This document shows, piece after piece, positions 51,600 to 64,000 of a stretch of DNA of 64,000 bases. The position numbers were made by a program, and so were the translations under genes. Below the pieces are notes generated by a model. That model was not told the DNA's origin. It did no database searches and worked only from the letters and a program-made list of their open reading frames with translations. This stretch comes from the human T2T-CHM13v2.0 reference genome, Homo sapiens, in the NCBI RefSeq assembly GCF_009914755.1, contig NC_060939.1; one strand, 5' to 3'. Each line of letters opens with the position of its first letter. The stretch's first letter is position 1.

Positions 51600-51880
51600 T
51601 CCTCTGAAGCAAAGCTGCTGTCTCTGTGGGGCCCCCAATTTACTGAGTGTTTCCTATATGACTGGTCCTGGTTCATAGATGAGTCAGGGAAGGTGAAACC
51701 TCATGATGTCCACTGGGCCGCTGTGGCTGTTTAACCTGTGCCAGCCATACAGAACCTGACATGAGTGGTTGCTCCTCTCAAAGGTCAGAACTCAGGGTTT
51801 GGGATAATGGCACATATTCTATCTGTTTGGTTATCTACAATGGAAAGTGTAGACTGTCTGAATATCGTTTGGGCTGCAAA
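51600..51880 (+). mobile_element. Ancient ERVL-class pol (RNase H) fragment
   Basis: WGPQFTE..SWFIDESGK..HWAAVAV followed by SSQRSEL resembles WFTDGS..SAQWAEL. Confidence 0.5.
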
Positions 51881-54067
51881 CCGGAAACAACCCCAGATGC
51901 TGATCTAACTGGGTCACTCATCTAGAAGTCCATGGTAAGTGTTTTCCAGAGAGTGACCACAATCAAGCTGCAGATTGAACCTAAATCTGTGTCCAACCCA
52001 GAGTCTAATACTGCAAACCAGACTTGGGGTTGCTGGTGAAAGTTGACCTATCTGTCTCATGGTTGAAGAATTCCTAGACCATACCTAGCAGAGTAACCAG
52101 AAGTGGACTTTTAGCCCACTTCTTGAGATATCAGTCACCACTGTTGACTTCTTCAGCATAACAGTCATCTGACTCCAGCCATACCATGTGTCCCTTGAAG
52201 CTAATCTGTGCCACCTTTTAGGCTTTTGAGGCCAATTGAGCTCTGACTTCGTGGCATTTTTCACCACACCGACTAAAATGGGCCAACTCTACGATGTTCC
52301 CTCCTTTTCCACACATGTTGGTTAGATAATTCGTTGATTAGGTATGCTTTTCTCTGAAAGGGGATTATCTCTTCCAGATTGCCTCCAAGATAAGGATGAA
52401 ATGTTTGGGGGATCTAGGAATCTATTTCACAAATTTGGAATTTCGTGCTAATAATTCCTGGGTGAAATGTCTTTCTTTCCCATACCTGCAATTCTAGACC
52501 AGCCTGGCTTTTGTATCCTCTGAGTTGCATCCCAGCCTAGCAGCAGTTATGGGACTCCAACTTAGTTCTGGTTAAGTTTTATGTAAATATTCTTGTATCT
52601 GTTTTACCTGGCTCTACTACACAAAATGTCTAGAAAAAAGTAAAGGGCGACTAGAATAAAGGTGAGATTATAGATATCGGAATGAGACACACTGATTCTG
52701 TGGAGATAGAGGGAGAACAACAACCTGGAACGTGGGAAATGAACAACTTAGACCTCGGAAGCTACGGGGAATGGTGGGACATTAACAACTTTTTTTCTTT
52801 CTGAATAACCCCTGGTGCAGCCCACAAAAGAGTCTGGAAATACTATTAGAACAGACGGTAAGACAGAGTCTGTGGATTCAGCTCCTTTTGGTCTCCACGT
52901 TACTCTTAAGAATCCTTTGAGACTATTCTATCTCTCTGTGATGTAGGCATGGAACTCTAGTGGGCAGTGTGCACTCTCGGTGCCCATGGTTCAACGCCAC
53001 AGTTTTTCAGATGATGGACAACCATTGCTTTTTCCTGAAGAGACTTAGTACCCTGTGGCTGAGCTTAAGCGGGACTCTAGGAATTACTGATTGCATTTTC
53101 TTCTTCTTCTGTGAACTGCGATTTCTCCTTCTGTTTTTCTACTACCTAGAGATTAATCTGTATTTGTCAATATTTAGGTAAATCAGAGACATAAAGCAGA
53201 TAAGGAACCCTAGACACAGCTTCTAGCATAGCTGGACTCTTGCCTGTTTCTCTTCCCACTTTATGAGATCAATTATATTGGCACAGAGAGATAGCCTTAG
53301 ATGGGTCTCTCAGGATCAATTAGAGAAGCATACTTCTAGAGAAGCTGGTAGAACAGGGCAGGAGGGCCAGTGAGGATCAAAGCTTCTATCCAAATGTTTT
53401 AGCCTAGCTGTGTGTGGCAGACGAATCCAGGAAAGCTCCCAGATCCCTGGAAGGGATTATTAAGAGAGGATCCATTAGATTAGAATGCTAGGTTGGGTGT
53501 TCATCTATCACCTTCTGAGTCAGATTTCCAGGGTTAAGTCTGTGGTAGGGCTGCAGAGAAATGCTCGCCTGGGAAAGCCTCTGATCAAGTGCAACATAGG
53601 TGACTCCCGCACAGGGAGAAGTCCTCTATTTGAGGAACATCATATGTGTTTGGATGTATCTGTGCTCTTCCTCAGCAGAGGACCATTGACTGAATGACTG
53701 TTTGACAATTACGCATAAAGAGCCCTATATTATTTTGAATTTAGTAAATATTGGAACAGAAACAAACAATATTATCTACTTTCAAATTGAATAACAGCAT
53801 GAGCAACTTCCAGGTAAATGTCACAGGAGGAAACTCTGGGGCCTTGCTCATCACCAGAAACCTTGAAAATCCTGATGCAACCTGTAGGGTTAACCTTATC
53901 AACACTTAGTTTTTTACCATATAGATTTATCTTCATAAAAAATATTTTCTTTGGACCTTTATTTTGTTATATGCCATGAAGAATAAATCATTTATTTCCT
54001 TTGCGATAAGAACATCACATTTTTACACCTCAAGTATTAATGATGCCATCCCCCATGTAGTTTTTGT

Positions 54068-54394
54068 TGCGATGGCCTGAATGTTTATGTCCCTTTGCAA
54101 ATTCCTATGTGGATAATTTTAGGCGTGTGGCCTTTGGGGAAGTGGTGAGGCCAAGAGTTCTTCATCTTCATGAATGGAATCAGTGCTCTTTCAAGGGAAG
54201 TTGAAGGCAATGCCCTTGTCCCGTGTGCAAGATGGTACCATCTATGGGGAACAGGGCTCTCAACATATACTAAATTTTCTGCTGCCTTGATCTTGCACTT
54301 TCCAGACTCCATAACTGTGAAAAATACATTTCTGTTGTTTATCCTTTACCCAGTCTGAGGTATTTTGTTATAGCAGCCTGGATGCACTATGACA
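54068..54394 (+). mobile_element. MaLR LTR (MLT1A-like)
   Basis: tgcgatggcctgaatgtttatgtccc start, gccttgatcttgcacttt, and gtattttgttatagcagc..gaca end. Confidence 0.85.
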
Positions 54395-54789
54395 CTTTCT
54401 TAGGCACTTTGGTCTATTTCTGAATTTTTAGTTTCAGTGACATATGAGTTTTTAATCAATCAAGATTTTTCACAGAGCTTGCCAGTCTTGTTTTTTGCTT
54501 TTTTTTCAGAGTTTTCTTGTCTATTCTTATGTGTGTTTTCATCTATATAATATTTTATAGTAACGTGTACTTCCAATATTTAATGGTATCTGTATAGGAA
54601 CAAAATTGAATTTATAAATAAACTTAAGGACAATTGATGTTGATAATATTGAGATTTGCTGCCTAAGAATATGATACAAATTGTCTATTTGCTTATGTCT
54701 ACATTCATATATTTCATAAACTTTCTATGTTTTTCTCATATTCTGTACACATTTTTGTAATGTTTATTCCTAGTTTATTTTATTCTGCT

Positions 54790-55204
54790 AAAAAGTAATT
54801 TGAGACACAATGAAATTGCCAAGTGTCTATTTGAGTAAGAGCAATTGATAAATTATAAAATATCAGACCAAAAGTTATTTAGTGCTTCTCTGACAGAGTA
54901 AGAAGCAAGTATTTATTGAAAAAATGTAGAAACAAAAAAATCATTTGATTGGTGGTAGCACAACTTTTTTATTGTTTTTTGTTCGTCTGTTTATCTTGTT
55001 GGACAGTTTCTATTTATATAAGGATGTTGGCTACTCCTGATTGGTTGAGCTTCATTTCTCTTTTTTAAATAGGCAGCTACAAGAAATATTTAAGTTTTGC
55101 TTGTATTTGCAAATCAAGCAAGGTTGAGATCACTTATGAGACCTAACTAATTTCGTCTGCTCAGAGATTATTGAGACGTGATCTCCATTTTAATTTATTT
55201 TAAC
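54790..55204 (-). mobile_element. Probable old MER4-group LTR (MER67-like)
   Basis: Repeated tgattgg boxes and the terminus ctccattttaatttattttaaca. Confidence 0.45.
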
Positions 55205-57400
55205 AAATTTTCTGTACTTTTAATTCTCATCCAAACTGTAACTTATAAATTATTATTGTTGTACATATATAGGCCCATGTTGTGTATGCTTTGAAGACAT
55301 GTCCTTCTTTCAAACTCATTTGTATTATGTTATTATTGAATTTGCCCCATTTATTGGAATTATATAATGCAATCTCCCAACTACAAGAGGTATGAGTTCT
55401 GAGGAGATCACAGTAAAGATGAGTCAGAAGTGAAAACGGTTCTCCAACTCACACATGCAGTAAAAACAAATTTCACGTGGATATAATGAGTAATTATTTA
55501 AAATTTAAAATACCCTGAAAACATTAACGTTTATCTCATTACTATGTAATATGGAAATTACAAGACAAAAAAACCCAAAGACTTATTTTTAAAATAGAAA
55601 TGGAGCTTTTTATATGATGAAATGGTCCATAATTTAAATGTAAAAAGTGAATAGGAAATACATGAAATAAAATAAAATTATTTGTAAAAGTGACAATGCC
55701 CGTATTAGATTTAACAATATCTTACAATGAAATAAGTTGAAACCTACAAAATAGAAGAAAGTTTAAAATTAGGCAAATATTATGAGCCAGGTGAAGAATA
55801 AATACATATATCAATAAGCATTTAATGTATTTTGTCTTAGATTTTATATGAAATAATAAAAAGTAAGCAAACCAATAGCAAGGTAATTTCACCCTGATTG
55901 ATTCAAACTGAAAAAATATTAACATTTCTCCATTGGAAGTTGGATTCATGGATTGGCCTCATGCTGCATTCAAGGCACTTTAGCCAGGACCCAACACTCA
56001 TTGCCAAGAGTCATCAGGCTAGAAGTTTGCTTTTAAGATGTTCCCCGGCCTGCGACCAAGACACTTTGTCTTGACTACTTCTTCAACTCTGACATAGGTT
56101 TTGCTGATATAAATGAAAACCCAGCTCTATACCTACCAAGCATCTACATGGCTAGAGCTGCACATTGAATATTTAGGCACTAGGCAAGAGGTCTTCCCAG
56201 GTTTCCAAGCAGACTTTCTAGAATTTCCCAAAAATACTGACATTGTCTTTTTCAGACCCAATCTCCCAAAGAGAATCAGAGAGATGGTCTGGAAGCCATT
56301 TAGAATCTCCAGCCTCCAATTTAGTAACAATGGACTTGGATACAAAGAGGCAACCTACTGACCTCAAAGACACCAGCCCAGATTCTGGGCATTGAATTCC
56401 TGCCTCCCCATGAAAGATCTCATCTGAGTCACATCAAAGCCCACACTCTTCTTCAACGTTCACCTTCCAGACACGCTCCAAAACAGCCCCTCAGAATTGT
56501 CTTGAGATGAAACAAAAGGTGATGAAGCTCCAGGTTTGGAATGCCTGCCTCATTCCTCACTCCTGAAAAGTCTACACCTGCTGGTTAGAACTCTCATACC
56601 TTAGGGAGCCCGGGCTCTCAGAGTGCATCCTCTAACAGGACCTCCTGGCCTTTTCCTCCTTGGAGGAGAGTGCCCAAGAATAAGAGGGAATACATGGCCT
56701 CCACTCTCACTTGACTTGATTGACTGATTAACTGATGTCTGAGGAGGAAACATATGTAGGGAACAGCCTGGGTCTTTTGAATCCCTGTTCCCCAGCTATG
56801 ATGCCTGTGCAAATGGAGGGAGAATCCCAAAGTATTGTTGGGAGGTAGACAGACACTGGCTAACACAATTAAGTAAATATAAGGTGACTTGAAGGGAAAT
56901 TTATCATATGTCATATACAAAATTTTAGTTAGTGAACTTTATTTAAAAACAGTCACAATTTGTAAGGGGAGTAAAGTATAATTTTAATGGGGAACTATGA
57001 AAATTATCTGCACTTGCTATGTAAATGATTGAGTTAGGGGTAACAATCTGAAGGTCATGAGCTTGATATCTGCTACTTAATTTCATAAGACATTTACTTG
57101 CAAATGGTTGTCATTTTTGCTCTCACCATATGAAAATTTTTTCTTGCTAAGAGCATTCCTATGAAAGAAAAACTAGAAATTTTGCCAATTTCGGTTATTA
57201 AAACAATAAAACTGGTTTGTTTGTTATTCTTAACCAAATGCTCCTACAGATGGCACATAGTACCCATGCTTTGATTGTTTTTTTCCCACCTTAAGTCAAT
57301 TGCCTTTCATTTTATTCATCAAACTGTTTTTACTGTAGATAGACATTGCAGTTGTCATGTGCCCTATGGATTTGTACTTTATTAGAAATATGAATTCTCA

Positions 57401-57522
57401 GGCCGAGTATATTGGCTCACGCCTGTAATCCCAGCACTTTGCGAGGTGGAAGAGAGTGGATCACCTGAGGTCAGGAGTTCAAGAACAGCCTGACCAACAT
57501 GGTAAAACCCCATCTCTCTACT
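57401..57522 (+). mobile_element. Alu left arm only
   Basis: ggctcacgcctgtaatcccagcac..gatcacctgaggtcaggagttc. Confidence 0.88.
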
Positions 57523-58390
57523 ATTTACAGTTCGCATTGTACCTTGCAATGAATATACATTTTATCCAAAAAGCCTAAAAAATAATGAAATTGGGGGTGG
57601 GGGCATGGCTGGAAGTATAGATAAAACAAAAATGACACATGACTAGCAGCTGTTAAAGCTGGGTGACTGGTCTGTTATACTTTTTTTGTATTGTGTATGT
57701 TTTTAGTGATCTGTAATAAAACACTTGTACAAAATGACAAAGTTTATCTACACTTAGCTCTTAAGGTCTTGGTTACCCTTGGGAAGGGGAAAGTGTCAGG
57801 GGCATGAACAAATCTGATTCTTAGATACACAAGTGTATTTATTTAGTAATAATTCATCAAACATTCCCTAAATGCTTTGTGCCTATATTGCTGTATGCAT
57901 GTTATTTATCAATAAAAATGTAAAGAGTGCATGTTTGCATAACAATCCTAAATTAATATTTTAGAATAATAGCAATGTTTTGTTTTGTTTTCAAGTGGGG
58001 CGTGTTCACTCAGGACATCATCAGGTGTATGTTAATGTTCCAAGTTATTTATTTATGTTTTAACTTTTGGGTGAGCCCCCCTGGGTCTTTTAATTTTTAC
58101 TTCAACACAGTAAGTAGCATGGTTTTAACTTTTTGGAATGCAGCTTTGTTTTCATCAAGGTTCTCCCCGAAGAATGATGCTCACCCAGGCCAGGGCACAC
58201 AGTGACCCGTGCACAGGATGCACTGAGCACACACGGCACTGGGTGAACCAGGAACAGAAGGAGAAGCCAGCCTGGGTCTGCAAAATATACTTTGCAGGAA
58301 AAGCAGGTAAAATGGAAAGGTCACAATTCAGCAGCAAACGTTTTCACATTCATTGGAGAAATCATTTCTAACAAAAGCTGCTCGTTAAAG

Positions 58391-58568
58391 CCATGGTTTT
58401 CTGGCTTGCCTACACATTGTAATCACCTGCACGACTTTCAACCATATTTTTTTCAGATCCAGCTCCAAGGATTCTGATTTAGTTGTGCGGTTACAACTTG
58501 GGTTTAAGGGATTTTGAAAGTTTTCCTCCCCGCAGGTGATTCTCTTGCGCCAGGGGTAAGAAGCGCTG
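58391..58568. mobile_element. MER5A-like hAT DNA transposon
   Basis: aatcacctg..gattctgattt..caggtgattct with degenerate terminal inverted repeats. Confidence 0.65.
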
Positions 58569-58756
58569 GATAGGGGTGAGGGATGCTTTAGCTGTGAGAG
58601 ATAGCCATGTACGCTTCAGGATTTGCCCCATCGCATATCTGGAGTTCGGGGTCTTAGAAAGCTTTCTTGCCCTGTTAAAAATTAAAGGATGGCTTCAATA
58701 CATACTTAGCTGCTTGGCTACATTGCAGAAAAACAAATTGCCTTTCCAGAGATCAG

Positions 58757-58915
58757 TTTTTTGAGACAGGGTTTTGCTCTGTCAGCCAGGCTGGAGTGCA
58801 GTTGTGTGATCATGGTTCATTGCAGCCTTGACCTCCCAGGCTCAGGTGATCCTCCAGCTCCAGCCTTCTGAGTAGCTGGGACTGAAGTCATGCACCACCA
58901 GACCTGGCTAATTTT

Positions 58916-58954
<39 letters not shown>

Positions 58955-59070
58955 TAGAGATGGCTTTCTCTATGCTGCCTGGGCTGGTCTCAAACTCCTG
59001 GTCTCAAGTGATCCTCCCACCTCAGTCTCCCTAATAGTTCGACCTACAGGCACAGGGAAGCATGCCCGGT
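58757..59070 (-). mobile_element. AluJ element
   Basis: gcagccttgacctcccaggctcaggtgatcctcc diagnostic and an expanded middle T run. Confidence 0.88.
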
Positions 59071-59699
59071 ATATTTATTAAAATGTAGTTACCAGAATAT
59101 TTAAAATTCACTTGTGCCTCTCATATTATTTCTTAGAGAATTGCCTCCCTTTTGAAATCTCAGGCTGCCTGCTCTAAAACCTGGATGTGCCAGGAAAGTA
59201 AAACATCTGAAATTTTAAAACAATTGTCATTATATTGATTCCATATATGAATAACACATATATATTATTCATTAATACAAATAATCTTACATACAAATGT
59301 AAATGCAAATATTTTACAGGCAGGGCCAGTTTCTAGTTCACAGAGGAAGCCCTGCCAGAAAAGGATCCAGGAAAAACCTATAATTCTTGCTTTATTCAAC
59401 CCAGTGTCAAATCACATATGTCACTCATGGTCTGAGGCGGCAGGGTAGGGAATTGAACTACATCCAATCATGGGTCTTGGAGTGGAAACTATCTAATCAG
59501 GTGCACAGCTGGAGAAGAATGGGCAGCTTTTTGGAAGTACGGAGGCCTTGGCCTGTCTCTCCACTCAGAGCTCAGGACACTAGAGCCACCTCAACATAAT
59601 CACCTGTTTTTTAGTTATTTTAACACTCCAAAAGGGAACTAGTTTTCTCATGCATTTTCCAAATGTGTGGCAGGCAGAGACTCAAATCTAACTCCCTGT

Positions 59700-60620
59700 T
59701 GCCCCAGCCTAACTCTGGCTTGCAATCAGATTTTAAATTTCCAGTTCTTTCCTGACACTCACCAACACTAACTAACCTTCCATAATTCACAACATTATCA
59801 ACTGTTCTTTATTGTACATTTCAGACACAGTATTTCAATTCTTCTTTTTGTCAAAAAGCAGTGGATGTCATTTAAAAAAATTTTTTCTCATTTGTAAACA
59901 TTTTACAGGAGATGAAAGCAGAGAATAATCCCCTGACACCCCACTGTAAAAAAAAATAAATAAAAAGCGGAAAACCTTTGTGCCCCTTTGTTTAAACTTC
60001 TCTTGGCACAGACACCCCATCAGAAAGCCTTTGGGTTCAGGTTTCATTTTGGAAACTTCACAGGGCAATACATCCTCAGCCATCCTGTTATTTTCTTGGT
60101 TTTGAATTTCAAAACTGTTTGAGGATTCCCCAAGATGCCAACAGTGGCCATGACTCTTGAAGTGTCTAGTAAATAGCATCCCTTGTGTCATCTCCTCTCA
60201 GGGAACAGCCCAAGGTATGGGAATGCAGCCTCTCTGTGGAGTGGTTGTTTGAGATGTGCCTGGAAGGAATCTCTAGGTATACCCTTGCGCTAAAAGCAAA
60301 CCCATTAGGTCATTAAGATTTTCTTACCCCAAAGCTTAGTTTCCATTCCTTAGAGACACATTGCAGGCCAGGCAAATGGATGCTGATATTGAGGAAAAAA
60401 TGTTCTCAGATTGGTGAAGGGAGAGAAAATATTTCAAAGGACAAAGAAACCCAACCTAGTGAGGCAGTGCAAAAACCTGCAAAGTAAAATGCACCTCAGG
60501 GACACAGAGGAGCACAGGGTAGCGGCTCCTGGTAGGATGGTCATGACCCACTTCACTGAACCAGATGTGAGTGGGGAAAATATCCCAAGTAATAGAATGG
60601 CTTGACTTGACCCTTGGGTC
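59700..60620 (+). other. Non-coding DNA resembling intron 1 of ZNF91-family KRAB-ZNF genes
   Basis: aaagcagagaataatcccctgacac..gtgtctagt..ttccattccttagagacacattgc..gatgctgatattgagg recalls conserved intron 1 of those genes (from memory). Confidence 0.45.
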
Positions 60621-61304
60621 TGATATGTCTGTGTTTCAATCGGCACTGTCACCTTCTAATTTTGTCACCTTGAAAATGTTTTTGTACTTACTTTAACTTC
60701 ACTTTTTAATTAACTGTAAACTATGTTTTATCAGTAGAGCTTGAAAGGCATGAAAATATTTATAAAGCACATTAAGTTGGTGAATTTTGAATAAAATTAA
60801 GTAGTAATATATTTCACTTGTTAAAAATTGTTACTTGCCTATTTCTTTAGCAGAATGAGTGTCGTACATTTCCCAGGACTGTTTTTTATTTGTCTGAGAG
60901 GTGATTTCAAGCAGAATCTCACGGCTTACTGTTGGGAATGTTACCAGGTGTATTGATAGGGATAGTCTCTCTTCCACTACGGTGGTAGGAAATGAATACA
61001 TACCTACAAGCACGTGAGGTAGATTAATTGTTAAATTACATAAATTTATCACATCAGTTATTCTTTTTTCAAAACAGAGAACTTCTGATAGTGAGTATCT
61101 CTGTTCCATATGCTGTCATCTGGGTGTTTGAGGGTAACGCTAAGTTTTAGGAGCTGGGACTTGGCACCGCCTGGAAGTGTTCACATATGATTGTTTACTA
61201 AATGATTTGTTATGAACATAATTAAATTACATGTTTATTTTCTGAAAGGGATAGATACTTTGGCTTTTCTTGTTGAGTTATAAAATGTAAGCCCCTTATA
61301 ACTT

Positions 61305-61612
<308 letters not shown>

Positions 61613-62519
61613 ATAATTTCCTCTCTTTTAAACCTTAGATTTGAATGATTTTTGCTGGATTCTTCAAACATGAAGTATTTTTTAAATTGTAAACTAATTG
61701 AATGACTTTAACTGGTAAGTAGAAGTCTTAGACCGTTGACTAAAAGCTAAGGCTAACGTTGACCCTGCAAAAGGGGGCCACTGAAGGCCCAGTTGATTAT
61801 TCCTGGGTGTCTGCCCTGCAGACATCAAAGTCTGCTCACACCAACCATAGAAGGAGCCTTTGTCACTGTCAGAAGATACAGAGCTTTGGTAAGCTGGAAG
61901 TTGACAGGCAGATGCAGTTGGGGTTGAGATTGAAGAAAAGTTGGGATATTCTTTCTAGAATGGAGTTGTTATTGTCCTGAGACTGTTTATAGACTTTGTC
62001 TAAGAAGTTACTTAAGAAGTGTTGTAACAAGGAAAAAGTACAAATGATTAGATCTTTGAGGATCTCAAAGGTTAGGTGGAAAAGGGTTTTATTTCATAGG
62101 GAGGAGAAAATAAGTTTACAAAGAAGGTTGGAAAGGAAGCACAGGATGGAGGGTAGCAAAATCAGATCCCAGATAAGATAATGTTTCATCTTGAAGTCAG
62201 CCTGTTCTTAGGAGGGATATGTATAAATATGGGTTGTAGGTTCTCTGAGGCTGTGGGTGAGTCAAAGTTCAGGGGCTGAGGGAAGAAGGGGAACAAGAAA
62301 AGTTTTGTTAACAAGTACTCTGTTTTGACCACTGAAGACTAAATTACAGAATGGTTGTTCATTTTTAAAAATAGGAATTTGTAATCTGTGTCCGTCTTTG
62401 TGATAGGTTAAAAAAAAGGGGGGGGGGAACATCCACAAAGTCATAATGGGAAGCACGTTTCTCTTCACTAAGCTGTTCTTTGAGAACACAAAGAATGGGG
62501 GAATTTCTTTAAATATAGC

Positions 62520-62910
62520 TATTTCCAGGATTACCTTCACCCACAACTGTTCCTTTTCCTAGACATCTCTTTCATTTGTCAGTTTCTGAGTTGTATTTTT
62601 ATAATAAAGTGGTAAATATAATTAGACTTATTTGTTGAGTTTTTTTGAGTAACTCTATCAAATTATTTAACTTGAAAAAGGGTTTATGGGAGTCTCAGAT
62701 TTATAGGCAGTAGCTCAGAAGTATAGATGGGCTTATGGGACATGTGACTAACCTCTGCAGTGAGAGGGGTGATGTGGGACTTAGCCCTGAATTTGTGGGA
62801 TCTGTGCGAACTCTAAGTTGTGTCAGAATTAAATTTTGGGGCAAGAAATGGGTGTTGGAGAAGCAGTGGGTTTTCAGGGAACTTTACACATTTAGGATCA
62901 AAAGTGTTGT
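62520..62910 (+). mobile_element. MER21-like LTR 3' portion
   Basis: aataaa..tcagaagtatag..tgtgggacttagccct..gtgtcagaatt..acacattt..aagtgttgt. Confidence 0.65.
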
Positions 62911-63744
62911 AAGGAGAAAGACAATGTGGGGGCCTTTGCTGGAGAGAGACTCCAGGTGTCTCGGGGAAGGTAGGCTCTGCTCTGCACACAGGCTGCTACG
63001 CCATGCACTGCCCTGTGGTTCCAGGCATCCTCCCATGGTAAGAAGGACCGACGACTCTGAGGGAAGAAGTTCTGAGAACAGATGCCTTCTACCCTCCTGC
63101 CAACCTGAGGCCACCACATGTTTTTCACCCACTGAACATACACACTGCATGTTGACGTGGTCAAGCCCCTCTCAGGACAAGGCTTTGGCATCAAGATTGT
63201 TGCCCATCCTACCTTTCCTCATAGACTTTCCCACCAAAAACCCACACACGTGCCTACAAGACCCCTGGCATATGTTCTACTTCAGACACCGAATCTGCAG
63301 TGGCAACCTGGTTTTTTCACCATCGCAGATTTCTGTGCCACCTGATCATAATCTCGTCTTCCTGCATGAACATAGAAATAACTCAGAGAAAAGTTTCACC
63401 TGGGTCAGTGTCTGTAGCATGAACCAGTCCTCCCACCAACCCTGTACAGTCTCTCACTTCTGGTTTCTTAATAGCACCTTCCCCTCTTTTACCTTTTAGT
63501 TCACCTCAAACCCTTTCTTTTATGTGCACACAGAGTGCCCAAGGCCACCCCTCAGTTGCCTGAATCCAGCACCTACCAAAATTCAGATGTCCAGTAGTTC
63601 AAGACCATGGGCCTAGACTAAGTTTTTGCAGAAGGCAATACAAATTAGAAATGAGAGGCTCTATTCTCCCATTTGAAAATAAAAAAAAGATTTTTTTCTT
63701 TTCCTTTTTCTTAAACAATGTAATCTGGAAAACTTTAATTAGTA

Positions 63745-63899
63745 ATTTTTTGAGGCAGAATCTTACTCTTTTACTTAGCCTGAAGTGCAACGGCATAATC
63801 ATAGCTCACGGTAACCTTAACCTCTTGGGTTTGAGCAGTCCTCCTGCATCAACCGCTTAATTACCTAGGACTATAGGCATGAACCACCATGCCTGGCTA
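63745..63899 (-). mobile_element. AluJ right arm or FRAM
   Basis: atcatagctcac..ggactataggcatg..ccaccatgcctggcta. Confidence 0.8.
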
Positions 63900-63901
63900 G
63901 C

Positions 63902-64000
63902 TTTATTTATTTTTGTTTTTATTTTTTTTCAAGACAGTGTCTTGCTCTGTGGGCTAGGCTGGAGTGTAGTGCCATGATCTTGTCTCAATGCAACCTCCAC
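63902..64000 (-). mobile_element. Alu (partial, runs off the window)
   Basis: T-rich tail followed by agacagtgtcttgctctgt..ggctggagtg. Confidence 0.85.

Noticed and set aside
62735-63499. 254-aa ORF as a gene
   Set aside because: It starts inside a MER21-like LTR, has no recognisable domain, and looks like a chance open frame.

Overview
Primate (human or great-ape) repeat-rich DNA typical of pericentromeric or acrocentric segmental duplications. I see no intact cellular protein-coding gene. From left to right: an LTR18-type LTR end; a full-length but disabled L1PA2/3-like LINE-1; old L1M remnants carrying processed pseudogenes of FAM104B, CTBP2 and KRT18; an L1PA7/8-like element split by a 12-monomer GC-rich gamma-type satellite; a truncated HERV-S provirus with a tRNA-Ser PBS; ~12 kb of diverged composite beta satellite containing a twin-primed L1 and nested Alus; a pol-deleted ERV1 provirus; a ~139-bp ACRO1-like satellite array with a solo LTR; a Y3 RNA pseudogene; and KRAB-ZNF-intron-like DNA. 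The backbone looks like a decayed KRAB zinc-finger cluster (inference). I find no new protein system. The best leads are (i) a satellite whose monomer is a compact promoter module with two back-to-back ZNF143-type motifs and (ii) a gamma satellite block of almost exactly 12 whole monomers inserted into an L1. Repeat subfamily names come from memory of consensus sequences, not from a search.
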